Shown piece after piece: positions 19,271 to 27,836 of a DNA stretch of 57,710 bases. Where the stretch lies: the IMG/VR virus record IMGVR_UViG_3300045988_104231. The stretch is one strand, 5' to 3'. Both the position numbers and the translations under genes were made by a program. The notes under the pieces were generated by a model. That model ran no database searches. It saw nothing but the letters and a program-made list of their open reading frames with translations, and had not been told where the DNA came from. Within the stretch, counting starts at the first letter, position 1. Each line of letters starts with the position of its first letter. This DNA is from a virus.

Positions 19271-19603
19271 TCAATTATTTTTTAGAAACTCTCTTTTCTC
19301 TTCATATTTCCATGTTGAGAATATAACGGCATAAATACGTCCGCTTGGAGCTTTTATTAAATCCCCCTCGTAAATCTCCTTTCCGCTCTTGCCTTTTAAG
19401 CCTGTGAACTGGCCTACGGTGTCTTTATGAATGTAATCCCATTCCATAAAAAACGGAGAGGCAGAGCCTTCATTGAATACTCCTTCATTTTTTATGATTA
19501 TCATATTTTGCATTTCTGTCTCTAAATTCTTTAGTGTCGTAAGCATACCATGTACCCATTTCCCGCTTGTCGTACTTTTTCCTCTGAATTTAATCTCACG
19601 CAT
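19271..19603 (-). CDS. YopX-family protein
   Basis: MREIKFRGK...GKWVHG...VGQFTGLKGKSGKEIYEGDLI. Confidence 0.7.
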   Translation of the reverse strand: MREIKFRGKSTTSGKWVHGMLTTLKNLETEMQNMIIIKNEGVFNEGSASPFFMEWDYIHKDTVGQFTGLKGKSGKEIYEGDLIKAPSGRIYAVIFSTWKYEEKREFLKNN

Positions 19604-19871
19604 TTTGTACTCCTTTCTTTAAAATATCCTCACAAGCTCTACTATCGCATCTTACCAGTTTTTGATGGAAAGCACACCAAGCGTCCCCGCTTGCGTCTTC
19701 ATCCTCGATAAGTAGGCAATCGCCACATTTACCCCTCCTGTATTATGACATCCCCATCCTTATCCGTGAACACGTCCACTAAATCGTAGTAATATTGATC
19801 GTCGGACGTGCGTATCATTACCTCCGCTTCCGGGTCTTGCTCTTGAAGCAATGTTATAAGATCTTTATTTC

Positions 19872-20141
19872 TCATGATTCACCTCCTTCCTTTAATTTAT
19901 TTATAAGTAGGTCCGCTAGCTCGACAGACCATCCCACTACTTTAGAATAAAGTATACCGCATTCAGTACGGCCTTGATAATGTTGCAATTTCACAAACTC
20001 GATAGAATAGAGCTTTGCCAAATCATATCTTCGTTGTTCCCAATCAACGGCTTTATCCTCCGTCTTATCTATAACCTCTAGATCCTCTAGAGCGTTGAGT
20101 TCCTGTATGAGATCAAACCCCTCGGAATCCACATAGCGCAC
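19872..20141 (-). CDS. Hypothetical protein
   Basis: 89-aa ORF. Confidence 0.5.
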   Translation of the reverse strand: MRYVDSEGFDLIQELNALEDLEVIDKTEDKAVDWEQRRYDLAKLYSIEFVKLQHYQGRTECGILYSKVVGWSVELADLLINKLKEGGES

Positions 20142-20226
20142 CCAATCCTTTTCAGGACAGGCTTCGGAAGATTTGAAGGCGATAACATCAACAATCTCCC
20201 CTGTTTTTCTTATTTTCGCTTTAATG

Positions 20227-21054
20227 TCAAAACAATGTTTTCTCTAAATCATAATTAATCCAAATCACCTCTTGTACCTCACTGCTCCGGATGTTATTCT
20301 TCTTGACCGGGAACTTTATCATGTTCCAATCCCCGTACAACTCCCGCATTAACGGACAGTCATAACTACTTATCATTGCCTTGCCTTTGATCGAATGCAA
20401 ACGATCGGAAAGCTCACGATGCTTATCGTCAGAGAACTCGTACTTGTAATCATTCGAAGAGGCCCGGCACTCAAGCGGATAGGGTGGGTCGGCGTAGAAG
20501 AAAGCGTTTGGGAAATCAAGCCGATCAATGCAATCCTTATAGTCCAGATTGGTGATCTGGAAATTGCCCCTGATCACCTCTGCGACCTCATGCAGTTTCT
20601 CTATCGCGTTGTTCCATCGGGAGACAGTCTCTCCGCCCTTGGCGTTGACATGTTGCTTGGCACAATGCCAACCCTTGTTCTTCTGTTGCGCTCCCAACCC
20701 GAAGAATGATTGCCGGATACGGACGTAAAACCTCCTTGCACGCTCTATCTTATCCCCGGAAGGTTCCCATGAGTTATTATACTCCAGTTCGGAGCATGGG
20801 GTTAACAGCAATAACCTTGTCAACTCCGGCTCATGATCCCTTAATACCTCGAAGAAGTTGGTTATATCCCCGTTTATCTCGTTGGCCGTCTTGATAACCC
20901 TTCCCGGATAATTGATGGACACGGCCATGCTTCCGGCGAACAGATCGACCAGATGGGTGAAATCTCTTGGAAAGTTCGTGTACAGATACTCCAACCAAGT
21001 GAATTTCCCTCCGAAGTAATTGAAGGCTATAAGTTTATTTCTGTTTCCGCTCAT
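20227..21054 (-). CDS. dam: Dam-like (D12 class) N6-adenine DNA methyltransferase
   Basis: FNYFGGK...LVDLFAGSMAV (AdoMet site) and FFYADPPYP (catalytic DPPY). Confidence 0.85.
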   Translation of the reverse strand: MSGNRNKLIAFNYFGGKFTWLEYLYTNFPRDFTHLVDLFAGSMAVSINYPGRVIKTANEINGDITNFFEVLRDHEPELTRLLLLTPCSELEYNNSWEPSGDKIERARRFYVRIRQSFFGLGAQQKNKGWHCAKQHVNAKGGETVSRWNNAIEKLHEVAEVIRGNFQITNLDYKDCIDRLDFPNAFFYADPPYPLECRASSNDYKYEFSDDKHRELSDRLHSIKGKAMISSYDCPLMRELYGDWNMIKFPVKKNNIRSSEVQEVIWINYDLEKTLF

Positions 21055-21079
21055 GAATCATAATGATCAAATTAATAAT

Positions 21080-21727
21080 TTACCCCGCTTTCTCAAAAGC
21101 CTTCTCAAAGACCTCCGGCCTTAGCAAGGCGTTGCTTATCGCCGTGAACGCCTTCACGATCCCGGGCTGCTCATTTAAGTTTATTCTCACGTCCTTTCCA
21201 GTGACCTCGCTTGATAACCGGTCACTTAGGAACTCTACCCTGCCCAAATCTAGATAGGACAGGGGATTGTACGCCAAGGGGACGATCCCCCGCATCCTTT
21301 CGCCGAAATCGTATATCGTGATCCTAGACATCTGCGCAATCATGTTTATCGTGGATGACAAGGATGCTATCCTGTTCGCCGAACCGGATACCCCGTGATC
21401 CAGCAATATCTGGCTGATCGTGTAGTAATACCGGTCTATGTGAGGCTGCACGTCCTCCTCCATGCTTTGCGTTATCTCGGCTAACGCCTCCTTGTTGGCC
21501 TTGGCTATCCGGAAGATGTTGGTGTTATAAGCGTTTATCCCCCTCTCGATAGCGTTGGCCGTCCGTTTTGCGTTATGCCTGTAGTGCTCGCTATTCCTTA
21601 TGGCCTCCATGAGTGATACCGTGTAGTTATACACTTGGTCGTTCAAGAAAAGCACCATGTAGGTTAGCGAGGTGACAAGGCCGTTCGTGTCCTTGTCGAT
21701 CTCTTCCCAATCGTTGTATTGTTTCAT
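21080..21727 (-). CDS. Hypothetical protein, translationally coupled to the ACP-like gene
   Basis: 215-aa ORF. Its start overlaps the ACP-like stop by 4 nt. Confidence 0.55.
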   Translation of the reverse strand: MKQYNDWEEIDKDTNGLVTSLTYMVLFLNDQVYNYTVSLMEAIRNSEHYRHNAKRTANAIERGINAYNTNIFRIAKANKEALAEITQSMEEDVQPHIDRYYYTISQILLDHGVSGSANRIASLSSTINMIAQMSRITIYDFGERMRGIVPLAYNPLSYLDLGRVEFLSDRLSSEVTGKDVRINLNEQPGIVKAFTAISNALLRPEVFEKAFEKAG

Positions 21728-21975
21728 TCCTCCATCCTCCTGATCATATAATCAACAACGTCCTTTACGGTATGGCATCGTCCGAGATCATCATCAGGGA
21801 TCAATATGCCAAACTCTTTCTCCAGCTCCATCAATATCTCTACCTTGTCAAGACAGTCCATCCATAGATCATCCTCCAGCTTGGATTTCATCGTAAGTGG
21901 CGTATCTTCGTTAAAAAGTCTACTCTTTATGATCTCAAATACTTTGTTCTTTATAGTTTCTTTTTCCATTTTCAT
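21724..21975 (-). CDS. Acyl-carrier-protein homologue with Cys replacing the phosphopantetheine-attachment Ser
   Basis: EDDLWMDCLDKVEILMELEKEFGILIPDDD aligns with E. coli AcpP [29 protein letters not shown]. The DSL position is DCL (TGT codon at 21853-21855). Confidence 0.7.
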   Translation of the reverse strand: MKMEKETIKNKVFEIIKSRLFNEDTPLTMKSKLEDDLWMDCLDKVEILMELEKEFGILIPDDDLGRCHTVKDVVDYMIRRMEE

Positions 21976-21986
21976 GATCGTTTTAT

Positions 21987-22670
21987 TTATAATTGAAACA
22001 TTGATGTCTGTATTATCTTTTTACCACTAGGTAATATGATTTCACCTAGGCATTCTTCCTTAAACCTTTTATCTTGGGCATTGAAATATTCCTTGTCTAT
22101 CTCGGTTGCGTAAAAATCAAAACCCATTTTATAGGCGGCTATACGGCTGCTTCCGCTCCCCAAATGAGAGTCATAAATTTTGTCACCGGGATTGGCGTAA
22201 TTTTTCAAAATCCATAAATACAATGAGAGCGGTTTTTGGTGTGGATGTATCTTTCCCTTTCCGGTCTCATGTCCCATCCTATATCCATCCCACGGAATGG
22301 AGACAAGATTGCATGGGATTTTTTTTGGCACGTAGGCTATCTCACATTTCGAGTATTTAAACACATCGTTATTGTTGCTCATCTTATCCCAAACAATCAA
22401 ATAGTTGGTATTTCCTAGATATTGGGTGTAATAATTATATCCCCATATGATCTGATCCTTGCTAATTCTTTTTAACTCATCGAAGTATGACGCATCCTTG
22501 ATGGGGCTATTCTTATAGGATGTATCCTTGAATTTATACCCATTATTCCTTTTCTTCCAGTCCTCTCCTATACCATACGGTGGACCTACGATAGCTAGAT
22601 CAAAGAATTTATCAGGAATGTTTCTCATATAGTCCATACAATCCTCGTTGTAAACATTGCTTATAGCCAT
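21987..22670 (-). CDS. Beta-class N6A/N4C DNA methyltransferase
   Basis: N-terminal IVGPPYG (catalytic motif IV) and C-terminal YDSHLGSGSSRIAA (motif I). Permuted order as in N4/N6 MTases. Confidence 0.8.
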   Translation of the reverse strand: MAISNVYNEDCMDYMRNIPDKFFDLAIVGPPYGIGEDWKKRNNGYKFKDTSYKNSPIKDASYFDELKRISKDQIIWGYNYYTQYLGNTNYLIVWDKMSNNNDVFKYSKCEIAYVPKKIPCNLVSIPWDGYRMGHETGKGKIHPHQKPLSLYLWILKNYANPGDKIYDSHLGSGSSRIAAYKMGFDFYATEIDKEYFNAQDKRFKEECLGEIILPSGKKIIQTSMFQL

Positions 22671-22731
22671 AATATTTGATTTTTATTTACTCTCATCATA
22701 GATGAATGCAGCTTTCAACTATGATGAATGA

Positions 22732-22968
22732 TTAAACCTTATTTGTTTTAGCGAACACCACGCTCTCATGATCCGGCCTAAGATGGGCCATGCAAGCCTT
22801 GCTGTATTCGCAGAATCTCGCTCCCTCGTCCCGGAAGACGCATCCCCCGCACGGGATCTTGTTCTGACCGTTATAATACGGCCTGTACTTTTCAACGATA
22901 ATTTTCATGTCTCCTACCAACACGATCAAACCGGTAGGGGTGTTCTTCAGTCTGTTGATTATTTCCAT
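22732..22968 (-). CDS. Hypothetical Cys-rich small protein
   Basis: 78-aa ORF containing CGGC...C...C. Confidence 0.45.
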   Translation of the reverse strand: MEIINRLKNTPTGLIVLVGDMKIIVEKYRPYYNGQNKIPCGGCVFRDEGARFCEYSKACMAHLRPDHESVVFAKTNKV

Positions 22969-22978
22969 GATTTGTTTT

Positions 22979-24334
22979 TTAAAATGGTTCTTCTTGTGAT
23001 ACTTCTTGGCTTATAGTGAACCCGCTATCATCATATTCCATAAAGTGAGTGGTCTTTGCCTCAAATTTCACGATAAACTTGGCTAATCCGATATTTCTTC
23101 CTTTCGCTATATCTATCATGGCTGTTCCTCCCACGGGATAATTCTGGAAAGGCTCAGGATAATATTTTCCATAAAGCTCAGGCCTATAGATCAGCATGAC
23201 AACATCGGCGGCCTCCGCTATTTGTCCGCTGGCCCTTAATCTTGCCAATGAGGGGGCCGGATTCATTTGGTCCCTGTTTAGCTGGGACAAGGCGATGATC
23301 CATATGTCTAGTTCCTTGGCCAGATTCTTCAACCTACGAGCGGCCTCACCCATTTGTTGCTCGGTATTGCTACCTCTCATATTCACGGACAATATTTGCA
23401 GGTAATCCACTACCGCCCCAGATATGCCGTATTTGAGTTTCATCGTACGGATGGATGAAAGTATCGTGTCTATGTTAGAAGTGCTCCTGTCGTCAAAATA
23501 AACAGGCTTATCGTAGATCTTTCCTATTCCCATGTCGATACGGTTGAATTGCTCGGGCAAGAGTCTTGAATACATGATCTCGTTGGCGGGTATCCCAGAC
23601 TCCATGGATATCATCCTAGCCGCTATCTGCTCTTTTTTCATTTCCATAGAGTAGAACGCTATCCCATCACCATTCTTGGCGGCGGATAACGATAAGGCTA
23701 CCGCTAGGGATGTTTTTCCAGAAGACGTATCTGCCGCTATGATTATGAGATCTGATCTCTGTAATCCCCCGCTACGCTTGTCTATTTCATGGAATCCGGT
23801 AGGCGTTCCTGTTAGCTGTTTGTCATCGGATGCGTTAAGCGCCATTTGCCTTGATACCTCCTTGATCGCTTCCCTAAGGGTAAATACGCTGTCTTTCGAT
23901 GTCTGGAAAAGCCCCTTGAGCTTGTCCTCTGTATCCGATAACGTGTCAACGATATCGTCCGACTCGGAGTAAGCCCTTGATATCAACTCCTCTCCGATAT
24001 CAATAAATCTCCTTCTCTTCTCCTTGTCATGCAGTAGGGCGGCATGCTGGTAGATGTCGAATGTCATGCATGTGGATACTTGGCTTAACCTTAGCATGTC
24101 CGTGGAAGGGTCTATTTTCATCATCTCGTTGGCTACGGCTATCATGTCCGGTCTATCTCCTCTGCCGTCTATGTTGGATATAGCCTCGAACATGGCCCTA
24201 TGGAAAGGATCATAGAAACAAGAAGGGGATAATATATCCCTTACCTCATTCAATGCGTTTCTTTCCGTCATTATCGTCCCCAGCACGACTTTCTCGGCCT
24301 CCGTATCGTGGGGGACTACCCTGTTAATTTCCAT
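22979..24334 (-). CDS. dnaB: DnaB-type replicative helicase
   Basis: PHDTEAEKVVLGTIM N-terminal domain, Walker A AADTSSGKTS, and IIALSQLNR motif. Confidence 0.9.
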   Translation of the reverse strand: MEINRVVPHDTEAEKVVLGTIMTERNALNEVRDILSPSCFYDPFHRAMFEAISNIDGRGDRPDMIAVANEMMKIDPSTDMLRLSQVSTCMTFDIYQHAALLHDKEKRRRFIDIGEELISRAYSESDDIVDTLSDTEDKLKGLFQTSKDSVFTLREAIKEVSRQMALNASDDKQLTGTPTGFHEIDKRSGGLQRSDLIIIAADTSSGKTSLAVALSLSAAKNGDGIAFYSMEMKKEQIAARMISMESGIPANEIMYSRLLPEQFNRIDMGIGKIYDKPVYFDDRSTSNIDTILSSIRTMKLKYGISGAVVDYLQILSVNMRGSNTEQQMGEAARRLKNLAKELDIWIIALSQLNRDQMNPAPSLARLRASGQIAEAADVVMLIYRPELYGKYYPEPFQNYPVGGTAMIDIAKGRNIGLAKFIVKFEAKTTHFMEYDDSGFTISQEVSQEEPF

Positions 24335-25370
24335 AATCTTTTTTCTTTACCTCCATTATCGTCTCAAAAATGCTATTCTTGAACTTTATGAGGCGATCGT
24401 CGTTGTTAATTTTCTTGACTATTTCCGTTAATTGCTTTCTGTTCATACGGTTTAGGATCTCTATCTCCTCGTCTGAAGGGAATATGGGCATCTCTAGTAT
24501 CAGAGGAGCCTCCTTTTCCAGATATGAGTATAGATTAGTTTGCTTTATTGATGTTAGGGATTTGATATCCACTTTACCTCTAGCTTTTTTTACTTGGTTA
24601 GAAGGAAGATCCAAGGCGTTTATGAACGTCCTTTTCCAGTCTATATTAGAGCTTTTCGAGCTTTTTTTCTTCTTCCATCCTAATTCGGTGCTCCAGTAGT
24701 CTAAATACGCTTTCTTTAGCGACAATCGGATGTCTATGCCCGGATGCAGACTTTGGCGTTGAGCTATGAACTCGTCATCGTTAGATAAGGATTCATAGGC
24801 TTCTCTCAACCGATCGCAGTACACATCGAAGCTTTCTCTCCAATTATCCGTATTTTCATCTTCCTCTTCCTCTTCTCCTTCTTTTTCCCCCATACCCCCT
24901 ATATTATCCTTAACTCTATTACTATCTATATTACCTATACCTATACCATAGGGGCTATCAAGCCCCTTTGAAGGGGCTACTAAGGGGCTACCAAGGGGCT
25001 TTTTAAAGAAATCTTCAATTGATTGGAAACCAAACAATTGCTTCATTTCCTCTAATCTTCTTATTATACCTCTATGCGCAGCGTTCTTAGAATTCAAGGG
25101 AAGGTTCTTTTGGTGCTTGATGAAATTACGTATATAAATATACTTACCGTCCACCGAATAAAGTAATCGTCCTTCAAGCTCCCTTAGGCCTCTTTCAACT
25201 TCTTGCTTACCTAGTACTAGATCAAAGCTGATCTTCTTCTCGTTTATTTCCATGAAGCCAGCTAGGTCGCAAAGGTCGCACAAGTACAAGAACAGAAGCT
25301 TGCTAGTCGCTTTCAGGTCGCAGAACCAGTTATCCGTCCATTTGTTCGTATCTGTATATCTATATGCCAT
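24324..25370 (-). CDS. Putative replication initiator / helicase loader
   Basis: 348-aa ORF overlapping the dnaB start. Acidic EEEEEDE linker. Function inferred from synteny only. Confidence 0.45.
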   Translation of the reverse strand: MAYRYTDTNKWTDNWFCDLKATSKLLFLYLCDLCDLAGFMEINEKKISFDLVLGKQEVERGLRELEGRLLYSVDGKYIYIRNFIKHQKNLPLNSKNAAHRGIIRRLEEMKQLFGFQSIEDFFKKPLGSPLVAPSKGLDSPYGIGIGNIDSNRVKDNIGGMGEKEGEEEEEDENTDNWRESFDVYCDRLREAYESLSNDDEFIAQRQSLHPGIDIRLSLKKAYLDYWSTELGWKKKKSSKSSNIDWKRTFINALDLPSNQVKKARGKVDIKSLTSIKQTNLYSYLEKEAPLILEMPIFPSDEEIEILNRMNRKQLTEIVKKINNDDRLIKFKNSIFETIMEVKKKDYGN

Positions 25371-25384
25371 GTTCTAGTGTTTTA

Positions 25385-25879
25385 TTAAAAAGGAATATCT
25401 TTGTTCTTTTCTCTAAAGTCTTTTCGTTTTCTTTCGTTTTCTTTATATAGTTTTTCTTTAGCTTTAATCCTTCTTTGGGTTAAGGCTAATATTTCGTTTT
25501 CTCTATGGAAATAGCTTCCGTCATTGCCCGTCACTTTTAATATTGCATCATCGTGCTCAAGATATATCGATATATTTATATCCCATAGTAAAGAGGATAT
25601 TTCAAATAAGGTTATTCCCATCTTCTGTAAGGATCTTATTGTTTCAAGTATATCGTTAAGCGCATTCTTATGTTCATCTTCATGACATTTTTCGCAAAGT
25701 GAAATCAATTGCCAGTCATCGTATTCCCATATTTTTTTATTTTGTTCGTATGCTAGATGATGTACATGAAGCGTATTATCTGTATCTCCGCATATTTGGC
25801 AAGCGAAATTATCTCTGCTCAATATTTCTAACCTTCTTCTTTGCCATCTAGGGTCTTTTATTTGTTCCTTATAATCCAT
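25385..25879 (-). CDS. HNH-motif endonuclease-like protein
   Basis: RWQRRRLEILSRDNFACQICG...LHVHHL...LCEKCHEDEH. Confidence 0.55.
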   Translation of the reverse strand: MDYKEQIKDPRWQRRRLEILSRDNFACQICGDTDNTLHVHHLAYEQNKKIWEYDDWQLISLCEKCHEDEHKNALNDILETIRSLQKMGITLFEISSLLWDINISIYLEHDDAILKVTGNDGSYFHRENEILALTQRRIKAKEKLYKENERKRKDFREKNKDIPF

Positions 25880-26210
25880 CGTGCCTTCCTTTAATATATT
25901 ATCCCCCTGTTATACAACTCCTGCCTATATTGCTCCAACGCCTGAAGGCATCGTTCCTTGTCCATGTATCCCATTGGCATTATCCCGGCCAACCTTGCGT
26001 TGCATCGGTCTATGCCATATTTGAGATCCCTGTTTGACATTTTCTTTATATCCATGTTATCTCTTTTTAAAAGTGTTACAAAATCTCGTGGAGTTAGCTA
26101 CCCGTCCAGCGTCATGTATGATGCACCAAACGCATAGCCCCTTGTGAGGATGTCCGTTGGCGCAATCGCCACATTTCACCTTTTCTTGCTCGTCTTTCTT
26201 CTTCGCCATA

Positions 26211-26708
26211 TCACCAAGTCTTTATTTTTATTGGTAGATCGGCGTACCACCAAGCCAGAATCGTAGCGTCACGTTGGTCTTGGTTCGTTCTCTTAGGCAA
26301 GGGACCGACTATGTAGGAGAGTTCCTCATGGGTTATCTTGCCCTCGTCCCCTTTCCAATGCTTGGTCAAAGGCTTTACCTCCTCGCAGGGAATCCCTATG
26401 TGCTCGCACATCTGGAGAAGCAATATCCCGGTTTGCTGGTTACGACCTACATACTTGGCTATCCTCTCGCCGGATTTACCCCTAGCCTTATGGTAGTTGC
26501 TTTTTTCGTTAAGCCATCCGGCCTCGACAATGACCACTATGTCTACCCCCTTGTATCTCTCTCTTGCCTCCTTTATGAAATCGACCAACACAGGGAAGGG
26601 GAGGCTCTTTAGAATTAGCTGTCTCGTTGAAGGAGACAGTACGCATATGCCGGATTTATCTATGTCCGGGTCAACGGCTATCACTAAATCATGTTTTTTC
26701 TTTCCCAC
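26211..26708 (-). CDS. RuvC-like Holliday-junction resolvase (GTG start)
   Basis: LVIAVDPDIDKSGICVL catalytic Asp motif and EAGW. AAGGAGGA lies upstream of the GTG start. Confidence 0.55.
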   Translation of the reverse strand: MGKKKHDLVIAVDPDIDKSGICVLSPSTRQLILKSLPFPVLVDFIKEARERYKGVDIVVIVEAGWLNEKSNYHKARGKSGERIAKYVGRNQQTGILLLQMCEHIGIPCEEVKPLTKHWKGDEGKITHEELSYIVGPLPKRTNQDQRDATILAWWYADLPIKIKTW

Positions 26709-26853
26709 GGATTCCTCCTTTCTTTATCGTTTATTAGTAAGAATATGGCCAAGATCACTGCTATAAGTCCGAGTATTGCGGTGATAAGGTACATGGCCAT
26801 TGTCAAGTGATCTAAATTCTGTATTGTTTCCATAATTATATGTTTGTTATTCG

Positions 26854-26930
26854 TGGACGCTGCCGGGATCGAACCGGCCTCTTTACGTCATGCGCACTCC
26901 GTAACGTTTCATCCCGGAATACTTACCGCC
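26854..26930 (-). ncRNA. Degenerate tRNA-like element (paralogue of the CAT tRNA) with a 12-nt anticodon loop
   Basis: Intact T-arm GCCGG/TTCGATC/CCGGC. 5-bp TTACG/CGTAA anticodon stem enclosing GAGTGCGCATGA. Acceptor and D stems are mostly unpaired. Confidence 0.35.
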
Positions 26931-27004
26931 CGAAATCCCCGCATATCCTCACGGACGGCGGGGATAAAAACTAAATCTAATACCATGAAAAACACACTCT
27001 AATA

Positions 27005-27463
27005 TTAATTATCTGTTTTGCCCTTTGGTACGCTATCAGCGTCAAACGGGAAGATGTCCATAATAAGGGTCTCGCTTACCATTGCCAAGGTATAATCCGC
27101 CAAGGTCCCTTTCATATTCTCCTCGAAGCATGAGATCGCTTCCTTTAGGCCGCTCGCCTGTACTATGAATCTGGCCGCTGTTTTCTTCTCTATGCCGCTC
27201 TTCTCATCAAGCGTGATAAAATAGATCTTAATCTCATAAAATCTATCACCGTTATCGTTAAAGAATAGTTCCGCTATCTTTTTACGTGTTATGTCGGCGA
27301 TAGTGAACTCTCCGGTAATGTACGGCCTTAATTCCTCTATCGTGCGTGCTTCAGCCTCCGTATAGGAGAGGGCATCCACTAAATAGGGTTCGACCACTCG
27401 TTTTTGCATGCCGTTCTCCAGCATCTTCTCATATGCGACCTTGCTAATAAACCAGTTTCTCAT
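27005..27463 (-). CDS. DUF4494-family protein
   Basis: MRNWFISKVAYEKMLENGMQKRVVEPYLVDALSYTEAEAR...FITLDEKSGIEKKT matches the Bacteroidales DUF4494 pattern as I recall it. Start taken at the internal ATG 27463. Confidence 0.6.
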   Translation of the reverse strand: MRNWFISKVAYEKMLENGMQKRVVEPYLVDALSYTEAEARTIEELRPYITGEFTIADITRKKIAELFFNDNGDRFYEIKIYFITLDEKSGIEKKTAARFIVQASGLKEAISCFEENMKGTLADYTLAMVSETLIMDIFPFDADSVPKGKTDN

Positions 27464-27642
27464 ATATACTTTAATAATTAATGTTATACTTCTTTCTTTC
27501 GTATTGTGGGACATACCCTTTGCAAGGAGTATTCCCGTCAAGTAAGGCCGATTCCGGCCTCACAGTTTCCCCTTCTTTTTTAGACGGGTCTGTCCAATGC
27601 CTCTGCCGTTGATGGCAAAGGCAATGTCTTTTAGAACATGCC

Positions 27643-27831
27643 TCATTGAGGCATAATATCAGTTCTTTCATCTTGGATTATTTTCTCGAGTTTCTTTAGA
27701 TCCTTTTTGGCCAATCTTACGGTATCGGCTATCCTTGGTCTTCCCTTGGAATCCACGTGTTCTAGGATAACCGATAGATGGCGGGACAGTGTTTTAATGA
27801 AAGACTCGGATAGCTGGTACCTTTTAGCCAT
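27643..27831 (-). CDS. Hypothetical small protein
   Basis: 62-aa ORF. Confidence 0.45.
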   Translation of the reverse strand: MAKRYQLSESFIKTLSRHLSVILEHVDSKGRPRIADTVRLAKKDLKKLEKIIQDERTDIMPQ

Positions 27832-27836
27832 GGCCG

